From assembly GCA_965242865.1 (NCBI GenBank), contig CBDETK010000013.1, positions 1-64,000 on the forward strand: a stretch of 64,000 nt of DNA, in the 5' to 3' direction. Position numbers and translations under genes: made by a program. This document shows positions 53,819 to 63,393 of this stretch, piece by piece. Within the stretch, counting starts at the first letter, position 1. The number at the start of each line of letters is the position of its first letter. The notes beneath the pieces are model-generated. The model did not search any database. It was not told the DNA's origin and was given only the letters and a program-made list of their open reading frames with translations. Source of the DNA: Candidatus Latescibacterota bacterium. GTDB lineage: Bacteria; Latescibacterota; UBA2968; UBA8231.

Positions 53819-55831
53819 TTATTCGTCGGGCGCAAACTCTGCTTTCCAGAGGGTGCGGTTCTCGGCGGAAATCCACTGGCCGAGCCGGATGCGGTCAATG
53901 GCGTAGGCGGGGAGGCGGACGATCGCGATACACTCGTCGTCAACGCGCTCGCCGAGCCGGTTGAGATAGAAGTCGAGATTATCAAAATCGTACTGTTTGT
54001 GGTTGGCTAGCAGGTCGGCCAGTGTGTGATCGGCTAGCGGGGTGACCGGCTTGCGGTTGGCTAGCAGGTCGGCCTGATCGACGGGGACGACGTGCAGCAC
54101 GAACTTGGCCTGTACGTCGGCGGGAACGCACGGCTTTTTGCGGTAAATCAGCGTGCGTCCCGTGCGGTACACGCGCCAGCCAGCGCGGCGGACCTGCTCG
54201 TCGGCCTGCTGGATGCGTTGGTCCACGTAGCGTTGTTTGCGGGCGCGATACCGCGCCGCATCGAACGATTTGGCCGCCGTTACGCGAAATACCACCCCAT
54301 CGGATAGCTCGGCCACGGTTTCCACGCCAGGCAGGAAGCGGATGTACATGTCGTTGTAGTCGTACAAAGGCTTTTCATGCTGGAACCAAACGATATGGAC
54401 GTCGTCGCCATCGGGCCTCCGCATTATGTACGGCATCACCTCCTTGTGCCTCCTCGGGAGATACTGGTGCCTTCCCAAGTCGGCGGTCTTATCCCAAAAC
54501 CAAGCAAGGTGGGCGTTGTTGCTGTAAATCCGGCCCTCGCGAAGGTGGGGCCTGATGTAATCTAGGGTCTCGGAAGATTCCCAGTAGGAGATATTGTACA
54601 ACCCAAACCCGAATTCCAAGGCTCGGGCGGTAAGACGGAGGTTGCTGTGCGCCGAGGCGCCGCCGTGGGCGAGGGCTGCCAGCAAGACGAGCGCCGTCAG
54701 ACCGTAGCGGACAGCAGCCCTCCGACCCACCGCCTCGCTGGACAGCAGCCGGTCCAGCAGCACCACCGCGACCAACAGCAGCGGCACATACACCGGCAGC
54801 AGGTAACGAGCGGGAATCTCAACGGGGATCACGAGCGGCACGATGGCGACCATGAATCCGAGGTAAGCTAGGGCGAACCCCCCGAATGGGAGCACCGGCC
54901 CCAACCCGAAACGATCCTTGCCCTTATTCTCGCCCATCCGCCCTTCCCGCCTATAGCCTAAGCCGAGACCAGACACAACGACGACCAGCCCGGCCGTTAT
55001 CCACAGGAGTGGCCCCAACCCGTCTAGCGAATTCGGGGGAATCAACCACTCCCGGAATACCTCCACCACTCGGCTCAGCCCCTCGGCCGGGGACTGCCCG
55101 GACCCGCTTCTCGGCCCGGTCGGGGTTCCGGCGATAGCCCAGTTGCGCGTCAGCACCCCCGCGAGGGGCAAGGATGCGGTGGCCCCAAACACGCTGGCGT
55201 CTTTCAACCGGGTGGCCAGCGGTGGGGTGCGCCGCACCAGCAGCAGGAGGACACCAGTGCCGATCAGCACTACGCCCGGATAGCGGGTCAGCGCGGCCAG
55301 CGCGGTGCAAACCGCGCCCCACAGCAGCGGCGTCCTTCCGCCGCCATGCAGGAAAGACCCCAATTGAACCAAGGCGAGGAGCGTCAACAGGACGAAGAGG
55401 GAGTCGGTCAAGAAGCGCGACGCTAAATGGCTCAAGGGCAGAGAAGCCGCGAGGGTCGCGGTGGCGGCCAGCACGAGCCATCGCGCCTGGAGATGCGAGC
55501 GCAGATAGCACCCTGCGGCGAGGATGGTCAGCCCAAAGGCGGTGGCGTTGATCCACCGACCCGCCGCCAGCGGCTCAATGCCGACCCAACCGAAAGCCGC
55601 CAGCAGCAGGGGGAACAACGGTGGCCATTCCACCAGCGGTCTGCCCATGAAATCCCGCCAGCCCTCGCCGGCGAGGAGGTTCAGGGCCGTGGACAGGAAA
55701 ATTGCAGAGTCATAGGAGATCGCCGCGCCGTAGGTGGCGGTGCGGACGAGGATGTGGGCGGTGCCCAGCCCGGCGATGCCGACGAGGAGCAGCGTGGAGG
55801 GGTCGCGCCCGAACCGGGTCATCCACTCCAT
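53819..55831 (-). CDS. GT-C membrane glycosyltransferase, array copy 3 (start re-called to ATG 55831)
   Basis: GGGAGGAGG RBS before MEWMTRF; the ORF-track extension overlaps the upstream gene out of frame. Confidence 0.8.
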   Translation of the reverse strand: MEWMTRFGRDPSTLLLVGIAGLGTAHILVRTATYGAAISYDSAIFLSTALNLLAGEGWRDFMGRPLVEWPPLFPLLLAAFGWVGIEPLAAGRWINATAFGLTILAAGCYLRSHLQARWLVLAATATLAASLPLSHLASRFLTDSLFVLLTLLALVQLGSFLHGGGRTPLLWGAVCTALAALTRYPGVVLIGTGVLLLLVRRTPPLATRLKDASVFGATASLPLAGVLTRNWAIAGTPTGPRSGSGQSPAEGLSRVVEVFREWLIPPNSLDGLGPLLWITAGLVVVVSGLGLGYRREGRMGENKGKDRFGLGPVLPFGGFALAYLGFMVAIVPLVIPVEIPARYLLPVYVPLLLVAVVLLDRLLSSEAVGRRAAVRYGLTALVLLAALAHGGASAHSNLRLTARALEFGFGLYNISYWESSETLDYIRPHLREGRIYSNNAHLAWFWDKTADLGRHQYLPRRHKEVMPYIMRRPDGDDVHIVWFQHEKPLYDYNDMYIRFLPGVETVAELSDGVVFRVTAAKSFDAARYRARKQRYVDQRIQQADEQVRRAGWRVYRTGRTLIYRKKPCVPADVQAKFVLHVVPVDQADLLANRKPVTPLADHTLADLLANHKQYDFDNLDFYLNRLGERVDDECIAIVRLPAYAIDRIRLGQWISAENRTLWKAEFAPDE

Positions 55832-55871
55832 GGCGGAGGACCTCCTCCCGATAAATTCAGCAAGCACAATA

Positions 55872-57806
55872 TCACCGGCTTGGCGCAAACTCTGCTTCCC
55901 AGAGGGTGCGGTCTTCGGCGGAAATCCACTGGCCGAGCCGGATGCGGTCAATGGCGTAGGCGGGGAGGCGGACGATAGCGATACACTCGTCGTCAACGCG
56001 CTCGCCGCGCCAGTCGAAATAGAAGTCGAGGTTGTCAAAGCCGTGCTGTTTGCGGTCAGCGGGCAGGTCGGCCCGACCGACGGGGACGACGTGCAGGACG
56101 AACTTGGCCTGCACGTCGGCGGGAACGCATGGCTTTTTGCGGTAGGTCAGCCGGCGTCCCGTGCGATACACGTGCCAGCCAGCGCGGCGCACCTGCTCGT
56201 CGGCCTGGTGGATGAGTTGGTTCACGTAGCGTTGTTTGCGGGCGCGATGCCGGTTCGCATCGAACGGTTCGGCCTCCATGCGGCGGAAGACCGTGCCGTC
56301 GGCCAGTTCGGCCACGATTTCCATGCCGGACAGGACCCGGAGGTCCGTGTCGTCGTGGGTTTTTCGATAGCGCTTATGGAACCTGTCAAGCCAAACGATA
56401 TACGCCTCGGCCTCGATTTCGGTCCACCGTATCAGGCGCTTTTGGTACTTTCCCGGAGCGGCGGTCTTATCCGCAAACCAGAGAAGGTCCGCTCTGTTGC
56501 TATAGATCCTGCCCTTGATGGGGTTCTCCCGGAGGTAATTCAGGGTCTCGGACTGGTGCCAATAGGCGGCGTTGAACGACCAGTCTGTGTACCCGGCGTC
56601 CCATGCTTGGGCGGTACGCCGGCGGTTTTCGCGCGCCGAGTAGCCGACGTGAGCGAGGGTGGCGAGCACGACGAGGGCCGCCAGCCCATAGCGGCTAGCA
56701 GCCATCCAGCCCGTTGCCTCAATGGACAGGAATCGGTCCAGCAGCACCACCGCCGTCAACAGCAGCGGCACGTACATCGGCAGTAGGAAGCGGCTGACGA
56801 TGCTCTGAGGAATCGTGAAGGGCACGACCGCGACGATGAATGCGAGGTAAATCAAGGCGAACCCCCCGAAAGGGAGCACCGGCCCCAAGCGGACATACGC
56901 CAGCGCGGCCTCAGGGGCGGTGCGGTGCATTCGGCGAGCGTGCAGGATGACCGCCGCGCCGGCCAGCCCGACCGCTACGACCGCGAGCCCCAGCAGATAC
57001 GCGAGCCCTTCCGGCGCGTTCGGGGGGACGACCCACTCGCGGAATACATCGACAGTCTGGTGCAGCCCAGCGGATAGGGACTGCCCCGAAGTTCTTCTGC
57101 TCCCTGTTGCTCGGGTCAGGTCTCCGGCAATAGCCCAATTGCGCGCCAATACCGCCAGCAAGGGCAGGGACGAGACCGCGCCAAAGACGAAGGTTTGCTT
57201 CCATCGGGCGAGGGGTAGCAGCAGGACGCCGGTGCCGATTAGGGCCACGCCCGGATAGCGGGTCAGCGCGGTCAGCGCGGTAAAAATCGCCGCCCACCAC
57301 AAGGGCGCGACCGTCCGCTCGGTGAGGAAGGACGCCAATTGAATCAAGGCGAGCAGCGTCAACAGGACGAAAAGAGGCTCCGTAAAGAAGCTCGACGCGC
57401 AATGGCTCAAGGGCAGAGAAGCCGCGATGGTCGCGGTGGCGGCCAACCCCAGCCACCGCGACCTAAGATTCGAGCGCAGATAGTCGCCCGCGGCGAGGAT
57501 GGTCAGCCCAAAGGCGGTGGCGTTGATCCACCGCCCTGCCACCAGCGGCTCAATGCCGACCCAACCAAAGGCCGCCAGCAGCAGGGGGAACAACGGCGGC
57601 CAATGCAACAGCGGGAGGTCCCTGAAATCTCGCCAGCCTTCTCCCGCGAGGAAGTTCATGGCGGTGGACAGGAAATATGTGGAGTCCTCGCCGATGGCCG
57701 CGCCGTAGGTGGCGGTGCGGACGAGGATGTGGGCGGTGCCCAGCCCGGCGATGCCGACGAGGAGCAGCGTGGAGTGGTCGCGCCCGAACCGGGTCATCCA
57801 CTCCAT
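55872..57806 (-). CDS. GT-C membrane glycosyltransferase, array copy 4 (start re-called to ATG 57806)
   Basis: GGGAGGAGG RBS before MEWMTRF; GEDS loop, WPPLFP, TEPLF, TRYPG. Confidence 0.8.
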   Translation of the reverse strand: MEWMTRFGRDHSTLLLVGIAGLGTAHILVRTATYGAAIGEDSTYFLSTAMNFLAGEGWRDFRDLPLLHWPPLFPLLLAAFGWVGIEPLVAGRWINATAFGLTILAAGDYLRSNLRSRWLGLAATATIAASLPLSHCASSFFTEPLFVLLTLLALIQLASFLTERTVAPLWWAAIFTALTALTRYPGVALIGTGVLLLPLARWKQTFVFGAVSSLPLLAVLARNWAIAGDLTRATGSRRTSGQSLSAGLHQTVDVFREWVVPPNAPEGLAYLLGLAVVAVGLAGAAVILHARRMHRTAPEAALAYVRLGPVLPFGGFALIYLAFIVAVVPFTIPQSIVSRFLLPMYVPLLLTAVVLLDRFLSIEATGWMAASRYGLAALVVLATLAHVGYSARENRRRTAQAWDAGYTDWSFNAAYWHQSETLNYLRENPIKGRIYSNRADLLWFADKTAAPGKYQKRLIRWTEIEAEAYIVWLDRFHKRYRKTHDDTDLRVLSGMEIVAELADGTVFRRMEAEPFDANRHRARKQRYVNQLIHQADEQVRRAGWHVYRTGRRLTYRKKPCVPADVQAKFVLHVVPVGRADLPADRKQHGFDNLDFYFDWRGERVDDECIAIVRLPAYAIDRIRLGQWISAEDRTLWEAEFAPSR

Positions 57807-57846
57807 GGCGGAGCACCTCCTCCCAATAAATTCAGTAAGAACAATA

Positions 57847-59838
57847 TCACCGGCTTGGCGCAAACTCTGCTTCCCAGAGGGTGCGGTCTTCGGCGGAAAT
57901 CCACTGGCCGAGCCAGATGCGGTCAATGGCGTAGGCGGGGAGGCGGACGATCGCGATACACTCGTCGTCAACGCGCTCGCCGCGCCAGTCGAAAGAGAAG
58001 TCGAGGTTGTCAAAGCCGTACCGCTTGCGCTTGGCTGGCAGGTCGGCCCGGTCGACAGGGACGATGTGCAGGACGAACTTGGCCTGCACATCGGCGGGAA
58101 CGCACGGCTTTTTGCGGTAGGTCAGCCGGCGTCCCGTGCGATACACGTGCCAGCCGGCGCGGCGCACCTGCTCGTCGGCCTGGTGGATGAGTTGGTTCAC
58201 GTAGCGTTGCTTGCGGGCGCGATGCCGGCCCGCCTCAAAGGGTTCGGCGGCCGTGCGGCGGAAGACCGTGCCGTCGGCCAGTTCGGCCACGATTTCCATG
58301 CCGGACAGGACCCGGAGGTCTGTGTCGTCGTAGGCTTTTATATATCGTTTATAGAATTTGTCAAGCCAAACGATATGCGCCCCGGCCTCGATTTCGGGCC
58401 ACCACATCATGGTCCTTTGGTGCTTTCCCGGAGCGGTGGTCCTATCCGCAAACCAGAGAAGGCTCGCTCTGTTGCTATAGATCCTGCCCTTGATGGGATT
58501 CTCCCGGAGGTAATTCAGGGTCTCAGCCCAGTGCCAATAGGCGGTGTTGAACGTGTCTGGGTTGTGGTTGTACCCGGCACCGTCCCATGCTTGGGCGGTA
58601 CGCCAGCGGTTTTCGCGCGCCGAGTAGCCGACGTGGGCGAGGGTGGCGAGCACGACGAGGGCCGCCAGCCCATAGCGGCGGCCGGCAGCCATCCAGCCCG
58701 TTGCCTCGATGGACAGGAAGCGGTCCAGCAGCACCACCGCCGTCAACAGCAGCGGCACGTACATCGGCAGCAGGAAGCGGCTTTGGATTTTCTCGAAAAT
58801 CAGGAAGGGCACGACCGCGAGGATGAATGCGAGGTAAATCAAGGCGAATCCCCCGAAAAGGAGCACCGGCCCCAAGCAGACATACGCCAGCGCAGGCTCG
58901 GAGGCGGCGCGGTGCATTCGGCGAGCGTGCAGGATGACCGCCGCGCCGGCCAGCCCGACCGCCACGACCGCGAGCCCCAGCAGATACGCGAGCCCTTCCG
59001 GCGCGTTCGGGGGAACGACCCACTCGCGGAATACATCGACAGTCGGGTGCAACTCAGCGAATAGGGACCGTGAGAAAATTTTCCTTTCTCCCGTTGCCTG
59101 GGTCAGGTCTCCGGTAATAGCCCAATTGCGCGCCAATACCGCCAGCAAGGGCAGGGACGAGACCGCGCCAAAGACGAAGGTTTGCTTCCATCGGGCGAGG
59201 GGTAGCAGCAGGACGCCGGTGCCGATTAGGGCCACGCCCGGCCAGCGGGTCAGCGTGGCCAGCGCGGTGTAAACCGCGCCCCACAGCAGGGACGTCCGCC
59301 CGCCGCGATGTAGGAAAGACTCCAACTGAATCAAGGCGAGAAGCACGAACAAGCAGAAGAGGGAGTCGGTCATGAGGCTCGACGCGAGATCGTTCAAGGG
59401 CAGGGAGGCCGCAATGATTGCAGTGGCGGCCAGTGCCAGCCAGCGCGCCCGGAGATGCGAGCGCAGCCAACCCCCCGCGACGAGGATGGTTAACCCGAAG
59501 GCCATGGCGTTGATCCACCGCCCTGCCGCCAGCGGCTCAATGCCAACCCAACCTGAGGCCGCCAGCAGCAGGGGGAACAAGGGCGGCCAATACAACAGCG
59601 GGAGGTCCCTGAAATCTCGCCAGCCTTCTCCCGCGAGGAAGTTCATGGCGGTGGACAAGAAAACTGTGGAATCGGAGCCGACCGCGGGGCCATAGGTGGC
59701 GGTGCGGACGAGGATGTGCACGGTGCCCAGCACGGAGAGCAAGGCGATGAGCAGCGCGAAGCGGTCGTGCCGGAACTTGGCTATCCACTTCTCCGTGGAG
59801 CCGGCAACCAATTTCCTCATTTTATTCACAACAATCAC
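57847..59838 (-). CDS. GT-C membrane glycosyltransferase, array copy 5
   Basis: GSDS loop, WPPLFP, TDSLF, TRWPG. Confidence 0.82.
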   Translation of the reverse strand: MIVVNKMRKLVAGSTEKWIAKFRHDRFALLIALLSVLGTVHILVRTATYGPAVGSDSTVFLSTAMNFLAGEGWRDFRDLPLLYWPPLFPLLLAASGWVGIEPLAAGRWINAMAFGLTILVAGGWLRSHLRARWLALAATAIIAASLPLNDLASSLMTDSLFCLFVLLALIQLESFLHRGGRTSLLWGAVYTALATLTRWPGVALIGTGVLLLPLARWKQTFVFGAVSSLPLLAVLARNWAITGDLTQATGERKIFSRSLFAELHPTVDVFREWVVPPNAPEGLAYLLGLAVVAVGLAGAAVILHARRMHRAASEPALAYVCLGPVLLFGGFALIYLAFILAVVPFLIFEKIQSRFLLPMYVPLLLTAVVLLDRFLSIEATGWMAAGRRYGLAALVVLATLAHVGYSARENRWRTAQAWDGAGYNHNPDTFNTAYWHWAETLNYLRENPIKGRIYSNRASLLWFADRTTAPGKHQRTMMWWPEIEAGAHIVWLDKFYKRYIKAYDDTDLRVLSGMEIVAELADGTVFRRTAAEPFEAGRHRARKQRYVNQLIHQADEQVRRAGWHVYRTGRRLTYRKKPCVPADVQAKFVLHIVPVDRADLPAKRKRYGFDNLDFSFDWRGERVDDECIAIVRLPAYAIDRIWLGQWISAEDRTLWEAEFAPSR

Positions 59839-59865
59839 TTACGTCGTTATCCTTAGATGTTTCAA

Positions 59866-62019
59866 TCACCGGCCCGGCGCAAACTCTACTTCCCAAACCG
59901 TGCGGTTCTCGTTGGAAATTCGCTGACCGACCCGGATGCGGGCGACAGGGTAATCGGGCAGATGCGCGATAGCGATACACTGATCGTCGCGCCGGACGCC
60001 GTGCCGGTCGAAATAGAAGCCGAGATTGTCATCTGTGCTAACGACTGATGACGCGAAGTATTTTGAGGTTAGCATGCCGCGCCGGTCGAAATAGAAGCCG
60101 AGATTGTCATCTGTGCTAACGACTGATGACGCGAAGTATTTTGAGGTTAGCATGCCGCGCCGGTCGAAATAGAAGCCGAGATTGTCATAGCCGTACCGCT
60201 TGCGGGAGCTGGAAAGGTCTTTCGGGTCGGCCGGGATGACGCGCAAAACGAACTTCCCCTGCGTGTCCGCGGGGACACACGGCTTTTTGAGGTACGTCAG
60301 CTTGCGTCCGTTGCGATACACGTCCCAGTCCGAGCGGACCACCCGCTCGCCAACCTGTTCGAGGAGTTGGGCTAAGTAGCGTTGCTTCCGGGCGCGATGC
60401 CTTTCCACATCGAAAGGCTCGGCCGCCGCCGTTACGCGGAACACCACGCCATCGGACAGCTCGGCCACAGTTTCCACGCCGGGCAGGCAGCGGACATCCA
60501 GCTCGTCGTAGTAGTAAAATTTTTCATTCTGGAGCCAAACGATATGCGTGCCGTCGGGCCATCGCATTATGAGTGGCATCAACTTGTGAATCCTGACCAG
60601 CGGGAGATACTGGTGCTTTCCCGGGGCGGCGGTCTTATCCCAAAACCAAGTAAGATAAGGATTGTTGCTGTAAACCGGGCCCTCGTTAAGGTGGGTCCTG
60701 ATGTAATTCAGGGTCTCGGAAGGTTCCCAATAGGAGCCATTGAACGTCCAGCTTTTGAACCCGGCTCTCCATGCTTTGGCGGTAATGCGGAGGTGCCTGT
60801 GCGCCGAGAAACCGCCGTGGACGAGAGCCCCCAGCACGACGAGGGACGCGAGACCGCAGCGGACAGCGGCCCTCCGGCTCGCTGCCTCAATGGACAGGAA
60901 CCGATCCAGCAGCAACGCCGCCAGCAGCAGCAACGGCACGTATATCGGCAGCAGGTAGCGGGTGTCGATGGCCTGAGCAACCGTAAAGGGCGCGACCGCG
61001 ACGATGAATACGAAGTAGATCAAGGCGAATACCCCAAAAGGGATCGCCGGCCCCAAATGAAAATGCACCGCTGCGGCCTCTGAGTCCGGCCGACGACCGC
61101 GAAGGACGACCGCGGCGCCGGCTAGCCCGACCAACCCGACCACCAGCCACAGCAAATACGCGACCCCATCCGGCGCGTTCGGGGGGACGACCCACTCGCG
61201 GAACACCTCGACGATCTGGCGCAGCCCATCGGATAGGGACTGCCGCGAGATCACATCCCTTTCTCCCGTTGCCCGGGTCAGGTCCCCGGCGACCACCCAA
61301 TTGCGTACCATTACCGCCAGCATGGGCAGGGACGAGACCGCACCAAAAACGAGGATTTGCTTTCGCCGGGCGCGGGGCCACAGCACGAGGACGCCGGTGC
61401 CGATCAGCACCACGCCTGGCCAGCGGGTCAGCCCGGCCAGCGCAGTGCAAGCCGCCGCCCACCACAGGGATGCGTCTGTCCGCCGGTGGAGGAAGGCTGC
61501 TAATTGGGTCAAGGCGAGGAGCGCAAACAAGCAGAAGAGCGGCTCAGTCAAGAAGCGCGATGCGAGTTCGCTCAGGGGCAGGGAAGCCGCGATGGTCGCA
61601 GTCGCGGCCAGTGCCAGCCACTGCGACCGGAGATTCGAGCGTAGCCAGCACCCGGCGGCGAGGATGGTCAGCCCAAAGGCGATGGCGTTGACGAACCGAC
61701 CCATCGCTACCGGCTCGATGCCAACCCAACCGCCGGCCATCAGCAGCAGGGGGAACAGGGGCGGCCATCCTATTATTGAAAAGCCCGAGAAATCCCGCCA
61801 GCCCTCTCCGGCGAGGACGTTCATGGCCGTAGATAGGACAATTGAGGAGTCCCGGGTAGCTGCTAGGCCGTAGGTGGCGGTGCGGACGAGGATGTGGGCA
61901 GTGCCCAGCCCGGCGATGCAGGCGATGAGCAGCGCGAAGGGGTCGCGCCGCAACCGGGTGATCCACTCAAATGCGGCGAGGGTAAATCTATCTCTCATAA
62001 ATTTAGTAAAAACAATCAT
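59866..62019 (-). CDS. GT-C membrane glycosyltransferase, array copy 6 (first transcribed)
   Basis: TRDS loop, WPPLFP, TEPLF, TRWPG; internal 26-aa duplication. Confidence 0.82.
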   Translation of the reverse strand: MIVFTKFMRDRFTLAAFEWITRLRRDPFALLIACIAGLGTAHILVRTATYGLAATRDSSIVLSTAMNVLAGEGWRDFSGFSIIGWPPLFPLLLMAGGWVGIEPVAMGRFVNAIAFGLTILAAGCWLRSNLRSQWLALAATATIAASLPLSELASRFLTEPLFCLFALLALTQLAAFLHRRTDASLWWAAACTALAGLTRWPGVVLIGTGVLVLWPRARRKQILVFGAVSSLPMLAVMVRNWVVAGDLTRATGERDVISRQSLSDGLRQIVEVFREWVVPPNAPDGVAYLLWLVVGLVGLAGAAVVLRGRRPDSEAAAVHFHLGPAIPFGVFALIYFVFIVAVAPFTVAQAIDTRYLLPIYVPLLLLAALLLDRFLSIEAASRRAAVRCGLASLVVLGALVHGGFSAHRHLRITAKAWRAGFKSWTFNGSYWEPSETLNYIRTHLNEGPVYSNNPYLTWFWDKTAAPGKHQYLPLVRIHKLMPLIMRWPDGTHIVWLQNEKFYYYDELDVRCLPGVETVAELSDGVVFRVTAAAEPFDVERHRARKQRYLAQLLEQVGERVVRSDWDVYRNGRKLTYLKKPCVPADTQGKFVLRVIPADPKDLSSSRKRYGYDNLGFYFDRRGMLTSKYFASSVVSTDDNLGFYFDRRGMLTSKYFASSVVSTDDNLGFYFDRHGVRRDDQCIAIAHLPDYPVARIRVGQRISNENRTVWEVEFAPGR
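60003..60188. repeat. In-frame 78-bp tandem repeat, about 2.4 exact copies
   Basis: Units start at 60003, 60081 and 60159; encodes DNLGFYFDRRGMLTSKYFASSVVSTD. Confidence 0.92.
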
Positions 62020-62270
62020 TCACGTCGGTATCTTTTCTCGTTGCCATGCGACAAAAATTAACAATACTCAATCAAGATGCAATGACCGGGCCGATCAATC
62101 GCTATTATCCGGGCGCGGCCTGCCATAAGCAACCGGACGAGCTAGATTTTTGCCAATAGGTCTCCCAATGGCTTCGATCATTGCTGCAAGGAAGAATAGT
62201 TGTATTTGGCGGGTCATTTGACTACATTTGCAACCCCTCGTTCATCATCCACCTACCCAAGGAGGTAGCC

Positions 62271-63206
62271 ATGAAGCGTCTTTTCACCTGTGCCCTGACG
62301 GCAATGGCCTTGTTGGCCTTTGGCCTAGAAAACGTTGAGGCGCACGAGCCCCCGGGCGAGCTCTTCTTCGCCGTGCAGTTCCCCGATACCCATGTCCCGA
62401 CCATCGACGGATTTGACGACGATTGGTCGGCGGTGCCGCTCGATACGTACGCCATTCCCAGTTCAAGGCTCTTTTCGGTGCATGGCTTTGCTGGCGACGA
62501 CGTGGCGCGCGGCGGCCTAGATCCGGCTTCTATGCAGATCCGCCACCTCTTGGGCTGGAACGACTCGCGCAACGAGCTGTACGTGACCACGCGGGTGTAC
62601 GACAACAAGCACACGATTACCCGCCAAGACTTAGGCTCCTACTGGTGGGACGACAGCATTGAGATCGAGTTCAACCCGCGCCACGACTACTTGCCCAAGC
62701 CCGAAGACGTGGTGACCCACCACAAGTACTCATTCGCGTTCCCGCCGCTCAACGGCAATTTCGGCCCGGGCCTGCAAACGGCTGCGGTCAGTTCTGCCGA
62801 CGTTGAAAACCCGACGCTGCTGTCCAACGGCAGCCGTTGGTACCACTGCACCTATAGCTTTGAGGGCGAGGAGTACGGCGAGAGCACGTACATCTACGAG
62901 TTCCGCACCATCGCCATTGATTCGTATCCCAAGCCGACCGAAGAGAACATCACCGAAGATCAGGTGATTGAGCACGACCTGACGGAAAACGAGGTGATCG
63001 GCTTTTCGATTTTCGTCAGCGACGTCGATGACAGCGCCGGCGATGCCGACAACCGCGTTGGCATGTGGGCGACGACCCCGACGCACTGTTGTCACTCTTC
63101 GCAGGACCTGCTCATCTCCCCCATGGACGACTCCATTGATTGGGGCGAGGCGACCTCGGTCGAAGCGCAGAGCTGGGGCCGGATTAAGCATCAGTACCAG
63201 CAGTAA
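62271..63206 (+). CDS. Secreted acidic CBM9/DOMON-like protein with C-terminal TSVEAQSWGRIK motif (start re-called to 62271)
   Basis: AAGGAGG RBS; signal ..VEA; PTIDGFDDDW, LGWNDSRNELYV, WWDDSIEIEFNP, YIYEFR, IGFSIFVSDVD. Confidence 0.78.
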   Translation: MKRLFTCALTAMALLAFGLENVEAHEPPGELFFAVQFPDTHVPTIDGFDDDWSAVPLDTYAIPSSRLFSVHGFAGDDVARGGLDPASMQIRHLLGWNDSRNELYVTTRVYDNKHTITRQDLGSYWWDDSIEIEFNPRHDYLPKPEDVVTHHKYSFAFPPLNGNFGPGLQTAAVSSADVENPTLLSNGSRWYHCTYSFEGEEYGESTYIYEFRTIAIDSYPKPTEENITEDQVIEHDLTENEVIGFSIFVSDVDDSAGDADNRVGMWATTPTHCCHSSQDLLISPMDDSIDWGEATSVEAQSWGRIKHQYQQ

Positions 63207-63228
63207 GACCCGGTTCCGTACCGTTTGC

Positions 63229-63263
63229 AAAGCCCGCTTGCCCCGGTGGCAGGCGGGCTTTTT
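63229..63263 (+). terminator. Intrinsic terminator (possibly bidirectional)
   Basis: AAAGCCCGCTTGCC-CCGGT-GGCAGGCGGGCTTTTT. Confidence 0.85.
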
Positions 63264-63393
63264 GCGTCTTACAGCTTGAGCAGGGCGGGTGTGGCCGTTG
63301 GCTCGCCGCCCGTGTGCGCCAAGACCGCGAGGCCGCGCTCATCGGCAAAGCCGTAGATTGGGTCCCAAGCCGGTTGGTAGGTGTGCAACCAAT

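Noticed and set aside
55832-58091. Long Ser/Thr-rich N-terminal extensions in ORF-track calls 53819..56038 and 55872..58091
   Set aside because: They are alternative-frame readings of the upstream paralog's 3' end; the same text recurs at 53770..53985.
19079-59064. Long antisense or alternate-frame ORFs (e.g. 19079..20128, 22249..23373, 35596..36771, 41066..42268, 57709..59064)
   Set aside because: Shadow ORFs of GC-rich genes; no motifs, and they overlap well-supported CDSs.
49677-62019. Diversity-generating retroelement or integron behind GT variation
   Set aside because: No reverse transcriptase or integrase, no adenine-specific TR/VR pattern and no attC-like sites. The differences are block-wise mosaics.
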